Part shown: one piece after another, positions 39,025-50,034 of the stretch
Layout: every line of letters starts with the position of its first letter
Numbering within the stretch: the stretch's first letter is position 1
Assembly (NCBI GenBank): GCA_040755155.1
Contig: JBFMBP010000153.1
Location: 106,010 to 170,009 of the forward strand
DNA: 64,000 nucleotides
Reading direction: 5' to 3'
Source: Candidatus Omnitrophota bacterium
Lineage (GTDB): Bacteria > Hinthialibacterota > Hinthialibacteria > Hinthialibacterales > Hinthialibacteraceae
Notes under the pieces: model-generated
What the model was told of the DNA's origin: nothing
Database searches by the model: none
Seen by the model: only the letters and a program-made list of their open reading frames with translations
Made by a program: the position numbers and the translations under genes

Positions 39025-39150
39025 ATTTGACAGTTTATACTAGCATATTATATGGGATTATCCATCTTATTTAACGGATATTATGCGCTTCTTTTTATTT
39101 TTTATATCCTATATTTTTATAAATCAATACGTTATCTAATTATAAATATT

Positions 39151-39166
39151 TGGTTCATCCTTTGCT
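39151..39166 (+). promoter_or_regulatory. Candidate sigma-54 (-24/-12) promoter TGGTTCATCCTTTGCT upstream of sbp
   Basis: GG at 39152-39153 and GC at 39164-39165 with the canonical 10-nt spacing. TTGC -12 element. About 57 nt upstream of the sbp ATG, in an AT-rich divergent region shared with the sigma-54 activator gene. Confidence 0.5.
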
Positions 39167-39221
39167 TTATTAAGCTTATGAATACTCTGATTCAATTCAC
39201 GCTTGATTAGGAGACCAAAGC

Positions 39222-40241
39222 ATGTCGGCAAAATGTCATTTTAAAAGATGGTTAATTGCAGTGGTAGTATCATTCATTGGGAGCTGGGCGCCGGATTCGG
39301 CGAAAGCGGAGACAGAATTGCTTAACGTCTCCTACGATCCGACGCGGGAGTTTTATCACGAGTACAACCAAATCTTTCAAGCCTATTGGAAAGAAAAGGC
39401 GGGACAGGAGATCGTTATTCGCCAATCGCATGGGGGATCGGGAAAACAAGCGCGGGCGGTCATCGATGGCCTGGAAGCGGACGTAGTAACGTTAGCCCTA
39501 GCCTACGACATCGACGCCATCCATAAAAACGCCGATCTCCTGCCGGAAAACTGGCAATCGCGGCTGCCGAACAACAGCTGCCCCTATACGTCAACTATTA
39601 TTTTCCTCGTCCGCAAAGGCAATCCCAAAGGAATCCGCGATTGGGACGATTTGGCGAAGCCCGGCGTTTCCATCATTACTCCCAATCCGAAGACATCCGG
39701 CGGTGCGCGATGGAATTATCTGGCCACGTGGGGCTACGCCATGAAAAAGTGGAACAACGACGAAGTAAAAGCCAAAGAATTCGTTGGCAAAATTTTCCAG
39801 AACGTCCCGGTGCTTGATACGGGAGCGCGAGGGTCTACGAACACCTTCCTGCGGGGCATGGGCGATGTCATGCTCGCTTGGGAAAACGAAGCCCTGCTTG
39901 TCGTCAACCGCATCGGCAAGCACAATTATGAAATCGTCATCCCCTCCCTCAGCATCGTAGCTGAACCGCCCGTGGCTCTCATCGACAAAAACGTCGATAA
40001 ACATAAAACCCGCGAGGCGGCGGAAGCCTATTTGAACAATCTTTATGGCGAAAAAGGGCAAAATCTATGCGCGAAACATTATTACCGTCCCTCGGACGCC
40101 AAAATTCTGGATAAAAATAAGAAGATTTTTCCCGAAGTAAAAACCTTCACCATCGAGGAGATGTTCGGCGGTTGGGCGAAAGCGCAGGAAACGCATTTTT
40201 CCGACGGCGGCGTATTCGATCAACTCTATCAGACAAAATGA
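39222..40241 (+). CDS. sbp: Sulfate/thiosulfate ABC transporter periplasmic binding protein
   Basis: Signal peptide then [69 protein letters not shown], a canonical Sbp/CysP sequence. GGAG RBS. Confidence 0.9.
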   Translation: MSAKCHFKRWLIAVVVSFIGSWAPDSAKAETELLNVSYDPTREFYHEYNQIFQAYWKEKAGQEIVIRQSHGGSGKQARAVIDGLEADVVTLALAYDIDAIHKNADLLPENWQSRLPNNSCPYTSTIIFLVRKGNPKGIRDWDDLAKPGVSIITPNPKTSGGARWNYLATWGYAMKKWNNDEVKAKEFVGKIFQNVPVLDTGARGSTNTFLRGMGDVMLAWENEALLVVNRIGKHNYEIVIPSLSIVAEPPVALIDKNVDKHKTREAAEAYLNNLYGEKGQNLCAKHYYRPSDAKILDKNKKIFPEVKTFTIEEMFGGWAKAQETHFSDGGVFDQLYQTK

Positions 40242-40273
40242 CGATCTCGTTCACGCAGAAAGGATGATTCTTC

Positions 40274-41653
40274 ATGAAAGCAACGATCCATCATTTTTTA
40301 CTCTCGGCCATCGCATTATTTTTTATTGTCCCGATAAGCGCGAATGCTCAATCCAATCTCTCGGATGAAGTAAAGGAATTGAAGCAGATGGTGAAGCAGC
40401 TGCAGCAAAGGATCGAAGAGTTAGAAACCGCGCAAAAGAAGGAAAGCGCGCCTTTGCCTTCCTCGAAACCCGCCGCCGCTTCCCCCGAAACGAAAAAAAG
40501 CGGCGCCTCTATTCAGGCAACATGGAATAAGGGATTGGAATTTCAAACTCAAGACGGCTCCACAAGAATCAAACTCGGAGGCCGCGTGCAAAGCGATTGG
40601 TATACGGGAAATATAGAGGATAACGATTTCCCCGATGGAACCCGTTTCCGCCGCGTATGGCTGCGGCTGAACGGAAAAATCTACGACGATACGATCTTCG
40701 ATTGGCAATACGATTTTTCCGATAATGGACAAGCGAAGTTGAAGGACTTGTATATCGGATATACCGGCCTGGATTGGGCGACCATTCGCGTCGGCCAGTT
40801 TCGAGAACCTTTCGGTTTGGAACAATTGACGAACTCCAGCCACATCACCCTCATGGAGCGGGCGCCGCTCGATCTTCTCACGCCCAGCCGTCAAACCGGC
40901 GTAATGTTGGATGATGAAATTCTCGGCAAACGGATGACTTGGGCTTTAGGAGCCTTTAAAAATTCGAATGCCTTCGGCAACGGCTTCGAAAACGACGACG
41001 TCAATGGAGATTGGGCGGTAACCGGACGTTTAACCGGCTTGCCTTGGTTTGAGGACGGCGGTAAGCGCCTGCTGCATTTGGGGGCGAGTTACAGCCACCG
41101 CGATTGGGGCGGCGATCCCTTCCGCATCCAAGCGCGGGGATCGTTTTGCAGAGGGAACATTCTCGTCGATACGGGAACGGACAACGCCGCATACAATGTG
41201 GATCAATTCGAACTTTTTGGAGCAGAAGCGGCGCTCGTTCTCGGCCCTCTTTCCTTGCAAAGCGAGTACGTCCTCAACGATCTGCAATCGTCCGGTTTCG
41301 GGGATCAGACCTACGACGGCGCCTACGCTCAAATCAGCTACTTTCTTACCGGCGAATATCGCCCCTATCAGGCGGGAAGATTCGTCACTCCTTCGCCAAA
41401 GCGCAATTTCGGCAAGGATGGAGGCTGGGGCGCGTGGGAATTGGCGTTCCGCTACGGCTGGCTCGATCTCGATGATACTCCCGTAACCGCAGCGAAAGGC
41501 GGCGAATTGAACGATTACGCATTCGGCGTGAATTGGTACATGAATCCCAATTTCAGGATGATATGGAACTACGTTCATTCCGAATCCAGCGGAGCGAATC
41601 CGGACGACCTCGCGGCGGATATATTCCAAATGCGCTTCGATCTTTGTTTTTAA
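40274..41653 (+). CDS. Outer-membrane beta-barrel porin (phosphate-selective porin O/P-like family) with N-terminal coiled coil, embedded in the sulfate uptake operon
   Basis: Signal peptide MKATIHHFLLSAIALFFIVPISANAQ. Coiled-coil LSDEVKELKQMVKQLQQRIEELETAQKK. Alternating beta-strand pattern. C-terminal aromatic (..FDLCF) typical of OMP barrels. Confidence 0.65.
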   Translation: MKATIHHFLLSAIALFFIVPISANAQSNLSDEVKELKQMVKQLQQRIEELETAQKKESAPLPSSKPAAASPETKKSGASIQATWNKGLEFQTQDGSTRIKLGGRVQSDWYTGNIEDNDFPDGTRFRRVWLRLNGKIYDDTIFDWQYDFSDNGQAKLKDLYIGYTGLDWATIRVGQFREPFGLEQLTNSSHITLMERAPLDLLTPSRQTGVMLDDEILGKRMTWALGAFKNSNAFGNGFENDDVNGDWAVTGRLTGLPWFEDGGKRLLHLGASYSHRDWGGDPFRIQARGSFCRGNILVDTGTDNAAYNVDQFELFGAEAALVLGPLSLQSEYVLNDLQSSGFGDQTYDGAYAQISYFLTGEYRPYQAGRFVTPSPKRNFGKDGGWGAWELAFRYGWLDLDDTPVTAAKGGELNDYAFGVNWYMNPNFRMIWNYVHSESSGANPDDLAADIFQMRFDLCF

Positions 41654-41805
41654 GGAAATGGTGAGATATCCGAAGAAAGTTTAGTAACAACGACAAGTTG
41701 CATTGCATTTTAATATGACTTTACGAAAGCGGCTTAAATGAGCAAAGGCAGGCAGCGGCATGCCTTTGCCGCTCTACTCGTAGAATTTTCATAAGGAAAC
41801 CGTCT

Positions 41806-42645
41806 ATGCCATCACTCTCCAAACGTCGCGCCATCATTCCCGGATTCGGCCTTACGATGGGGCTGACGCTTACTTATTTGGGAACGATCGTACTGATTCC
41901 ATTATCCACTCTTTATTTAAAAACGCTGGGACTCTCCTGGCAGGAATTATGGAGCGCCATCGCGTCGCCGCGAGCTATCGCCTCTTATAAGTTGAGTTTC
42001 GGAGCTTCCCTGGCGGCGGCGGGCGTCAATACCGTATTCGGATTGCTTACGGCGTGGGTCTTAGTACGCTGCCGCTTTCCTGGCCGCAGCTTGATCGATG
42101 CGATGGTGGACCTTCCCTTCGCACTGCCTACGGCGGTAGCGGGCATCTCGCTCGCCGCCATCTATTCCGAAAACGGCCTCATTGGCCGCTATCTCTCCCA
42201 GGTTGGAATCCAAGGCGCCTACAGCCGTCTGGGCGTGGGGATTGCGTTGACGTTCATCGGCCTGCCCTTCGTCGTGCGCACCATCCAGCCCGTCCTGCGC
42301 GACATCGATCCCGAATTGGAAGAAGCCGCCGCCAGCCTGGGGGCTTCCCGTTGGCAGACGTTTTCCAAAATCTTGGCCCCCTTGCTGCTGCCCGCCTGCT
42401 TGACAGGCTTCGCGCTCGCTTTCGCGCGCGCGTTGGGAGAGTACGGCTCTGTCGTCTTCATTTCAGGCAATATGCCCATGCGCACGGAAATCGCGCCGCT
42501 GTTAATCATGACGAAACTAGAAGAATACGACTACGCCGGGGCCGCCGCCCTGGCCGTCTTCATGCTCAGCGTCTCTTTTCTGATTCTGCTGGGCGTCAAT
42601 CTGCTGCAACATTGGAGCCGCCGCCGCTTGGAACCAGTACGCTGA
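41806..42645 (+). CDS. cysT: Sulfate ABC transporter permease CysT
   Basis: ABC permease signature (..IDPELEEAAASLGASRWQTFSKILAPLL..). 279 aa. First of two permease genes. Confidence 0.85.
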   Translation: MPSLSKRRAIIPGFGLTMGLTLTYLGTIVLIPLSTLYLKTLGLSWQELWSAIASPRAIASYKLSFGASLAAAGVNTVFGLLTAWVLVRCRFPGRSLIDAMVDLPFALPTAVAGISLAAIYSENGLIGRYLSQVGIQGAYSRLGVGIALTFIGLPFVVRTIQPVLRDIDPELEEAAASLGASRWQTFSKILAPLLLPACLTGFALAFARALGEYGSVVFISGNMPMRTEIAPLLIMTKLEEYDYAGAAALAVFMLSVSFLILLGVNLLQHWSRRRLEPVR

Positions 42646-42651
42646 AAGAAA

Positions 42652-43539
42652 ATGACCATGACATCGAAAAAGATTCATCCCGTCATGAGCCGCAAGCAAG
42701 AATCGCGGATTGTTCGCGGTTTGCTTATATTCACATCGCTTTCATTTCTCGCTCTCTTTCTATTCGTTCCCTTGCTCGCGGTTTTTTATAATGCGCTGCG
42801 CGAGGGATGGGCGATGTATTGGACGGCGGTCAGCGAACCCGACGCCTTGGCGGCGATCCGGCTGACGCTGCTTATTACGGCCATCGCCGCGCCCGCGAAT
42901 CTGCTTTTCGGAATCTGCGCCGCCTGGGCGATCGCCAAATTCGAGTTCAAAGGGAAAAACCTGCTCGTCACCCTCATTGACTTGCCATTCACAGTCTCGC
43001 CGGTGATTTCCGGCGTCATTTTCATCATGATCTTCGGCGCGCATGGCTGGTTCGGCGCCTGGCTCGCGGCGCATGGCGTTCAAATCATTTTCGCTGCGCC
43101 TGGCATTGCGCTGGCCACCCTCTTCGTAACCTTTCCCTTCGTGGCGCGCGAATTGATTCCTTTGATGCAATCGCAAGGCGTCGACGACGAGGAAGCGGCG
43201 TTATCATTGGGCGCCAATGGCTGGCAGACGTTTTTCCGCGTTACGCTGCCCAACATCCGCTGGGGATTGTTATACGGCGTCATTCTGTGCACAGCGCGGG
43301 CCGTGGGGGAGTTTGGCGCCGTATCGGTAGTATCCGGACACATTCGCGGCAAAACCGTAACTATGCCTTTGCAAGTGGAGATTCTTTACAACGAATACAA
43401 CTTCACAGCGGCTTTCGCCGTGGCGTCGCTTCTGACTCTGGTAAGCCTGCTTACTTTGGGACTGAAGAAATTGGCGGAATGGAAAAGCCGGGAAATCATG
43501 TTGGAACGAGGAGTCAACGCGGCGACTCTGGAAGGATAG
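42652..43539 (+). CDS. cysW: Sulfate ABC transporter permease CysW
   Basis: Second permease (..[32 protein letters not shown]..). 295 aa. 6-nt gap after cysT. Confidence 0.85.
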   Translation: MTMTSKKIHPVMSRKQESRIVRGLLIFTSLSFLALFLFVPLLAVFYNALREGWAMYWTAVSEPDALAAIRLTLLITAIAAPANLLFGICAAWAIAKFEFKGKNLLVTLIDLPFTVSPVISGVIFIMIFGAHGWFGAWLAAHGVQIIFAAPGIALATLFVTFPFVARELIPLMQSQGVDDEEAALSLGANGWQTFFRVTLPNIRWGLLYGVILCTARAVGEFGAVSVVSGHIRGKTVTMPLQVEILYNEYNFTAAFAVASLLTLVSLLTLGLKKLAEWKSREIMLERGVNAATLEG

Positions 43540-43546
43540 ATCGGCG

Positions 43547-44647
43547 ATGAGCATTGAAGTTCAAGGAGTAACGAAATATTTCGGCGATTTCGCCGCACTG
43601 AGCAACATCAGCCTCGACGTGCAAACCGGCGAACTCGTGGCGCTGCTTGGGCCGTCGGGTTCCGGAAAAACGACGCTGTTGCGCATCATCGCCGGATTGG
43701 AAGCGCCGGATGAAGGCTCTGTATTTCTGCTGGGCGAAGACGCCGCCTACAAGAATCCCAAAGACCGTCGCGTGGGCTTCGTATTTCAACATTATGCCCT
43801 TTTCCGCCACATGACCGTCTTTGAAAACGTCGCTTTCGGGCTGCGAGTGCGCCCGCGCCGCTTGCGTCCCTCGAAGCAAGAAATTCGGGAAAAAGCGATG
43901 AGCCTGCTGAGCCTGGTGCAATTGGAACGCTACGCCAACCGGCTGCCCTCGCAACTCTCCGGCGGCCAACGGCAGCGCGTGGCTTTGGCGCGGGCGCTGG
44001 CCGTAGAGCCGAAAGTGTTGCTGCTGGACGAACCTTTCGGCGCTCTGGACGCCAAAGTGCGCAAGGAACTGCGCCGCTGGCTGCGCCGCCTCCACGACGA
44101 CATCCACGTTACCAGCGTCTTCGTCACCCATGACCAGGAAGAAGCGCTGGAAGTGGCCGATCGCGTCGTCATCATGAACCAAGGCCGCGTGGAACAAATC
44201 GGCGAACCGGAAGAAGTATACCATCGCCCGGCGACGCCTTTCACTTATAACTTTCTCGGCGACGTCAATATCTTTCACGGGCGCATGGACAACGGGCAAG
44301 TTCAGATTCTCAACCACGCGGAGGGCGACGCTTCCCTTCCCTCGCCCGGCGACGAGAAAACCGCTCAAATTTTCATCCGCCCCCATCTGCTCGATATCGG
44401 CTTCGAACCTTCGGGAAGCCACTGCTTCCGAGGCAAGGTTACGCATATCAATCCCGCCGGGCCGATCGTCAAAGTGGAATTAACCAGCGAGTGGGGCGCG
44501 CCGCTGCAAGCAAACCTTACTCAGGAGCGATATCGCGATCTCCACTTGCGAAAAAATATGGACGTATACGTCATCCCCAAAGAAATATGCGCCTTTTTCG
44601 ACAGCACAAGCGTAACAGAGAGACAGGGAGACAAGGAGACTTGGTGA
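43547..44647 (+). CDS. cysA: Sulfate/thiosulfate import ATP-binding protein CysA (with C-terminal TOBE domain)
   Basis: Walker [10 protein letters not shown], signature [15 protein letters not shown], Walker [13 protein letters not shown]-terminal about 120 aa is TOBE-like. 366 aa. Confidence 0.9.
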   Translation: MSIEVQGVTKYFGDFAALSNISLDVQTGELVALLGPSGSGKTTLLRIIAGLEAPDEGSVFLLGEDAAYKNPKDRRVGFVFQHYALFRHMTVFENVAFGLRVRPRRLRPSKQEIREKAMSLLSLVQLERYANRLPSQLSGGQRQRVALARALAVEPKVLLLDEPFGALDAKVRKELRRWLRRLHDDIHVTSVFVTHDQEEALEVADRVVIMNQGRVEQIGEPEEVYHRPATPFTYNFLGDVNIFHGRMDNGQVQILNHAEGDASLPSPGDEKTAQIFIRPHLLDIGFEPSGSHCFRGKVTHINPAGPIVKVELTSEWGAPLQANLTQERYRDLHLRKNMDVYVIPKEICAFFDSTSVTERQGDKETW

Positions 44648-45033
44648 CAGGGGGACTTGGAGATTGGGAGATAAGGTTATAAGTTGAATATTATGGGATG
44701 TGCTTTGCTTTGATCTCACTCTGCTTCTCGGATCACTAAACCGAAGTTCCCCCACTCAAAAGTCATAAGTATATAATACTCTGGGAGATAAACCCAAACG
44801 GGAGGTTGATTACTGGGTACAAAAGCGCTATAGTGGAAAGCGAAGCAAATCCAGCGCGCGTTGTTGCATCGGATCCAGGGAATGGCGCTGGATCAAAAAA
44901 GAAAGAAACCGGGTAACGAATGTGGTTTCAGAAGAGCCGCATAGATGCAATGGTTCGCCAGGAGGCTCACCCTCTCAACCTTTCCACGGCCTGTGCATCA
45001 AACCAAAGGGCTTTTCGCATAAGTTGTTTATTC

Positions 45034-46905
45034 TTACGAATAGGAAGGCATATCGAAGGTTTCTAGAAAGATTCCGAAGGTTAGGATAATCATGAGGAAA
45101 TCGGTTTCGAAGGTGGTGTTGACCGATGCCCCTTCCGCCGAATATCTCGCTTTGAGCCGTTCTACGGCGGCGGGATTGAAGTATCCTTGACGTTTAATCG
45201 TTTCAGTGGAAAGAAGATCATTAACCCAATCGATATTTCTTTGTAACAAATAAGGGCTGCCCGGAGCCACGAAGCCGAATTTTTCCCGGTTCAGAATCGG
45301 CGTAGGCAAATAATTCTTCGCCATCGCCCGCAGAATATATTTTTCCGTCGCATCCTTAATCATCATGGAAGGGGGAATCGTCTTGACGAATTCCACTAGG
45401 TCTACGTCGAGAAAAGGATACCGCGCTTCTACGGAGTTGGCGTAAGCCGGGCGGTCGCCATGATCGGCGACGAGGTGATCGGCGATCCTCAGTTTGAAAT
45501 CGAGATACGAACGCTTGTGCATAGGATGGCGGTTGCGCAGTTTTTCTTTATCGACTAGCGGATGATGAATCGATTCGAAATCCTCCATCCGCGCCGCCAA
45601 CGCTTCGGAATAGATAGCGCTCTTGGTTTCGCGGAAAGCGAGAAAATCTCGTTCGTAGAAGAAATGGGAATCGCCCCATAATTCCTCCCGCCGTTCGTTT
45701 TCCAGCATCGTCTCCACGTCGAAGGGATCGTCCATATCCGACGAGCGCGTCTGGTCGAGACGATAGCCGACGTATCCCGCAAAGAGTTCGTCCGAACCTT
45801 CGCCTGTGAGCACTACTTTCAATCCCGCCCGGCGAACTAGTTCCGAAAGCGCCAGAGAACAGGCGTCGTAGGATTCCTTTAACGGACATTCCGCATGATA
45901 AATAGCGCTGCGCAGCCGTTCTCCGATTTGCGGCCAATCGAATTCGGTTTCGTGATGAATGGAACCGACGTATTCCGACATTAGGCGTTGATAACGCCGT
46001 TCGTCGATCTCGGCTTGAGAAAAGAGGACGGAAAAGGAATGGCGCCGCTCGTTGGGACGCGCCGCATGAATGACGGAGGCGACAAGGCTGGAATCCAATC
46101 CTCCGCTCAGATAGAAGCCGACCGGCACATCAGCGTTCAGCCGGTAGAGCACGGCTTGATTGAATAACTCGTCCAACCGCCGAATGTAATAGGATTCCTC
46201 CCGCGGCGGTTCGATATCCTGTTCTTCGGGATAAACCAAATCCCAATATTCCCGCGTCTCGATTCCGCTTTCTTTTACGCGTAAATAATGTCCCGATTTT
46301 AGGGAATATATGCCATTGAACATAGTGGCGGGACTGACGAGGCCGGGAAAGGTGAAAATCTGATCCAACGCCGTCGGATTCACTTTATGCTTTATAGAAG
46401 AATGCGTAAGCAGCGCTTTAATCTCGGAAGCGAAGAGAAGCATGCCATCCGCTTGCGCATAAAACAGCGGGGCGACGCCGAAATGATCCCGCGCCAAAAG
46501 CAACTCGCGCCGCTTGCGGTCGAAGATGGCGAAAGCGAATTGCCCGTTGAGGCGGCGCAAAAAATCCGTCCCCTCCTCTTCGTAGAGATGAGGCAGCGCT
46601 TCTACATCGCACCGTGTGCGAAAGACATGCCCTTTGCTTTCTAACTGGCTCCTCAATTCCTTATAATTGTATATCTCTCCGTTGCAGATGGAGACGATGG
46701 ATTGGTCTTCGTTGAAGTGCGGTTGATTGCCGCTGGAAAGATCGATGATCGAAAGGCGCGAGAATCCCAATCCCGCGCCGTCAGCGGCAAAATACCCCGT
46801 ATCGTCGGGACCGCGATGAGCCAGCATCTTCACCATCGCCGCCAGAGTATCATGGTCAATGTCGCATTCTCGATTCGAAGCGAAGATGCCAGCTATTCCG
46901 CACAT
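45034..46905 (-). CDS. asnB: Asparagine synthetase (glutamine-hydrolysing), class II amidotransferase
   Basis: Start trimmed so Cys follows the initiator Met (MCGIAGIF, the N-terminal nucleophile). Synthetase domain with SGGLDSS PP-loop. Confidence 0.85.
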   Translation of the reverse strand: MCGIAGIFASNRECDIDHDTLAAMVKMLAHRGPDDTGYFAADGAGLGFSRLSIIDLSSGNQPHFNEDQSIVSICNGEIYNYKELRSQLESKGHVFRTRCDVEALPHLYEEEGTDFLRRLNGQFAFAIFDRKRRELLLARDHFGVAPLFYAQADGMLLFASEIKALLTHSSIKHKVNPTALDQIFTFPGLVSPATMFNGIYSLKSGHYLRVKESGIETREYWDLVYPEEQDIEPPREESYYIRRLDELFNQAVLYRLNADVPVGFYLSGGLDSSLVASVIHAARPNERRHSFSVLFSQAEIDERRYQRLMSEYVGSIHHETEFDWPQIGERLRSAIYHAECPLKESYDACSLALSELVRRAGLKVVLTGEGSDELFAGYVGYRLDQTRSSDMDDPFDVETMLENERREELWGDSHFFYERDFLAFRETKSAIYSEALAARMEDFESIHHPLVDKEKLRNRHPMHKRSYLDFKLRIADHLVADHGDRPAYANSVEARYPFLDVDLVEFVKTIPPSMMIKDATEKYILRAMAKNYLPTPILNREKFGFVAPGSPYLLQRNIDWVNDLLSTETIKRQGYFNPAAVERLKARYSAEGASVNTTFETDFLMIILTFGIFLETFDMPSYS

Positions 46906-46948
46906 AAATAAACCCGGTTCATCCGGCAAGTAAGTACTTGAGATTATT

Positions 46949-47108
46949 AACTTGAGCCTCTTGCAATACTCAATTATTCCTCCCCCAAGCCTGGGGGAGG
47001 TTAGGAGGGGGTTGTTTTAAGTCTAATAAAATCAACCCCCCTAACTCCCCCCAAACTTGGGGGGAGAATTAAAAGCGGATTTTATTAATTTTGCAAGAGC
47101 CTCAACTT
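46949..47108. repeat. ~160-bp nested palindromic intergenic element (MITE/REP-like), with a partial second copy at 49954-49995
   Basis: Outer arms AACTTGAGCCTCTTGCAA (46949-46966) and TTGCAAGAGCCTCAACTT (47091-47108) are 16/18 complementary. Inner palindromes CCTCCCCCAAGCCTGGGGGAGG and CCCCCCAAACTTGGGGGG. 49954-49995 repeats about 42 nt of the left half. Confidence 0.65.
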
Positions 47109-47598
47109 ATTTTGCGCATTTTCATTCCTTCGCCCTTTGGATAAAGGCAAAGGGATTAATCTTCATTGTTTTGGCATATACTCAATCCAAAACGTTTTAG
47201 CCTTTTTTCGTGTTTTCTTTTTTTCTTCGCGTTTTCGCGATTCAATCCAAGAAGCGTTATCGCCCCATCCTGGTTATCCTTTATTCCTGAATATCATGAT
47301 TCAGACTAACAATAACTTCAGAAACTTCTGGGTAAAGATCAGCGCCCTCTGGGTCAGGGAACAATTTCACTTGAAATAAAGTCCTAGCTAGCCAAATCCC
47401 CTCTTCTGAAACGCTTCGAAAATCTTAGGGTGAATCGAGCGAAGCGAATCCCGCCAAAGTTTCTAGATAATGGATGCTGGCGGGACGCCCGCGCTCCCTG
47501 GCAAGTAATATTAGATACTCATATAGACTTACTTTTCTCCATAAGGTAAACTAAAATATATCGTTCTTATATAAATTTCCAATAAGGATTATGTAGCC

Positions 47599-48237
47599 AT
47601 GAAAAAGGGTTTCACGCTGATTGAATTGCTCATCGTCGTAGCCATCATCGGCATCCTCGCCGCCATCGCCGTACCCAATTTTCTCAACGCGCAATTGCGG
47701 GCGAAAATAGCCCGCACCCATGCGGATATGCGCAATACCGCCACGGCTATCTCCATGTTTCGTATGGATACAAATACTTTCCTCCTCGATTATTGGGATG
47801 ACGACGCAGATTTCGCCGTAACCAGATGGGAAAACGAATTTCATAAAGTCGGACCTCGGCCTCCCTATACGAAATTCAGCGATCCCTACTATCCATTGAC
47901 CTCTCCCGTCTCTTATCTTTCCTCCATTCCCCAAGACCCGTTTAGTCCGATGGAAAAAAGCGTTGGCTTCGGCGCCGACGAACGAGGGACCAGTTATATT
48001 TATTTCGATAACGAACCGGGAAGAGGCGACGATTTCGGAATCAATATTTATCAAGAAGGAAACGCCTACGGCAAAGCGTGCGGCGTCGATCCTCTTAAGG
48101 AAGGCGAATTCGCCATGATCAGCATCGGCCCGGACGGCGCGATCGGCGCGCCAGGGAATAACAACGTCCGCGGTCTTCCCTACGAATCCAGCAACGGCCT
48201 GGTTAGCGATGGCGACATTGTGCACCGGGGAATTTAA
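47599..48237 (+). CDS. Prepilin-type N-terminal cleavage/methylation domain protein (type II secretion pseudopilin / type IV pilin-like)
   Basis: MKKGFTLIELLIVVAIIGILAAIAVPNF is the canonical class III signal peptide with Gly, Phe at +1 and Glu at +5. 212 aa. Confidence 0.85.
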   Translation: MKKGFTLIELLIVVAIIGILAAIAVPNFLNAQLRAKIARTHADMRNTATAISMFRMDTNTFLLDYWDDDADFAVTRWENEFHKVGPRPPYTKFSDPYYPLTSPVSYLSSIPQDPFSPMEKSVGFGADERGTSYIYFDNEPGRGDDFGINIYQEGNAYGKACGVDPLKEGEFAMISIGPDGAIGAPGNNNVRGLPYESSNGLVSDGDIVHRGI

Positions 48238-48376
48238 TCGAATATCATTTCGATTTTCGTTCAATGAAAAATTCTGCGAAGAGCGTTTACGAGCATTGGA
48301 GGATTTATTCTCATTTCGCTATTCACTTATCGGTTTTTTAATGAAATAATGGATTCGCTATCGACATCCTATTAAT

Positions 48377-49918
48377 ATGATGCGACCCAGGCGTTCTATG
48401 CGATTGATTTACATTGCCTTAGTTATATCCGTCTCCCTTAGCGCCCACGGCGGCCAGATTCATACCAATCTGTCCAATCTAGGGGCTGTTCATATCACTC
48501 ATTCCTCTTCCTACCGTCTGCAACTTGGATACGCCGTATCCGGCGCGGGAGATTTCGATGGGGATGGCTATCTCGACATCGCCATAGGAGCGCCTTATTT
48601 CCATTCCGGCGAATTGGGAGACGTCTTCGACAGCGGGGCGATTTTTATCGTTTCCGGCCAAGATATTGACAACGTCCATAACGAGATCGATCTCGCCGCG
48701 CCCAGTCTCCAAATCGCCGCTATCATTGGCCAATCGGAATCCCGCATCGGGAAAGTCTTCGCCAAATTGGGAGACGTCAACGCCGATGGAGTCGACGATT
48801 TGGCTATTGGCTCCGAAGATCATCGGGCGGGTTATATTCTTTATGGAAAAAGAGAATTCGTTTCCAAGATTTTTCTGGATAATTTGAACGATGGAGGAGT
48901 GGAAATTCTCAATACCGGCGTTACCGTCTCCTCGGCGGGCGATATCAATCGCGATGGATTCCACGATGTAGCGTTCGGCAATCCTTATTCCGAAAAAGTA
49001 TCCCTAAACGGCAAAGACTATCATGTGGGAAGAGTAACCGTAATTTTAGGCGCTCCCCTTCTACCCGATTTATTGAACGCCTTGATTCCCGGCTCCAGCC
49101 ATTTTTCTTTGCGCGGCGAAGCCGATGCGTTGACGGGAAGCAGTTTGGCGGGAAACATCGACATGAATAACGACGGCGCCTCCGACTTGTTCATCGTGGC
49201 GGCGCGCGGCGGCAAGGATTTCAAGGGCGAAGGATTTCTTATTTTGGGAAAAGATGACATCGCCGGTGATAATGCGCCATCCTATTCGTTCCTGATTCGT
49301 CAAGCTTGCCGCGAAGTCCGTTCCGCCCAAGACGTGAACAACGACGGATATTCCGACATCCTCATCGAAGACGAGAATTCTTCCTGGTTTTTGCTTTTAG
49401 GCGGAGAGTATAAGGGCGAAACCACTTTATCCAATCTATCAGGTCAGGAAGGAACGAGATTCTATGGCGCCGAAGCGGTTTTTGGCGTCGGCGATTTGAA
49501 TGGGGACGGCTTCGACGATATCGCCGCCGCCCAACCCAACGCCTCCATCGACGGCAAGGTTCTGGCGGGGCGGGCCGTCTTTCTTTTCGGATGTCCGGAA
49601 TGGCCGCAGATCGTCGATATCGATAAAATCTGCAATGGTGAATTCACCCCGCTGGATTACGTTATTGTCGATGGGGACGAGGCTTTTGGATTGTTTGGTT
49701 CCTCCATAGCCGCAATTGGCGATATTCAGGGAGATGGATTCGACGACGTCGTCATTGGCGCTCCATCGGAAAAGCTGTCGTTCGAATCCCTGCCGGAACG
49801 GCCTGGAGACGCTTATATCCTTCAAGGTGATAAATTCTTCATGTGCCTGCAAACCAATCGCAGCGTCTTTCGCAACCGCAAGAACGTTTTTAGCCAAGTC
49901 AAGAACCTTCATCCCTAA
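48377..49918 (+). CDS. Secreted FG-GAP repeat (integrin-alpha-like beta-propeller) protein
   Basis: Signal peptide. At least seven repeats of the D-x-(D/N)-x-D-G-x-x-D calcium-binding FG-GAP motif (DFDGDGYLDIAIGAPY, DVNADGVDDLAIGS, DINRDGFHDVAFGNPY, DMNNDGASDLFIV, DVNNDGYSDILIE, DLNGDGFDDIAAAQP, DIQGDGFDDVVIGAP). Confidence 0.85.
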   Translation: MMRPRRSMRLIYIALVISVSLSAHGGQIHTNLSNLGAVHITHSSSYRLQLGYAVSGAGDFDGDGYLDIAIGAPYFHSGELGDVFDSGAIFIVSGQDIDNVHNEIDLAAPSLQIAAIIGQSESRIGKVFAKLGDVNADGVDDLAIGSEDHRAGYILYGKREFVSKIFLDNLNDGGVEILNTGVTVSSAGDINRDGFHDVAFGNPYSEKVSLNGKDYHVGRVTVILGAPLLPDLLNALIPGSSHFSLRGEADALTGSSLAGNIDMNNDGASDLFIVAARGGKDFKGEGFLILGKDDIAGDNAPSYSFLIRQACREVRSAQDVNNDGYSDILIEDENSSWFLLLGGEYKGETTLSNLSGQEGTRFYGAEAVFGVGDLNGDGFDDIAAAQPNASIDGKVLAGRAVFLFGCPEWPQIVDIDKICNGEFTPLDYVIVDGDEAFGLFGSSIAAIGDIQGDGFDDVVIGAPSEKLSFESLPERPGDAYILQGDKFFMCLQTNRSVFRNRKNVFSQVKNLHP

Positions 49919-50034
49919 TCCATTCCAATATTTATCCTAATTTTTATCTATATGAGCCTCATGCAAAATTCCATTATTCCTCCTCCAAGCCTGGGCTGAT
50001 CTTTACCCCTAAGCAGGAGAGATTAATCAAGAAT

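Noticed and set aside
43514-44446. 310-aa antisense ORF across cysA
   Set aside because: cysA has Walker A/B and ABC signature motifs in the + frame.
44648-45033. GGAGA-rich intergenic stretch after cysA with a GATCCAGGGAATGGCGCTGGATC hairpin
   Set aside because: The hairpin is followed by an A-run, not a U-run, on the relevant strand. No convincing terminator or ncRNA signature.
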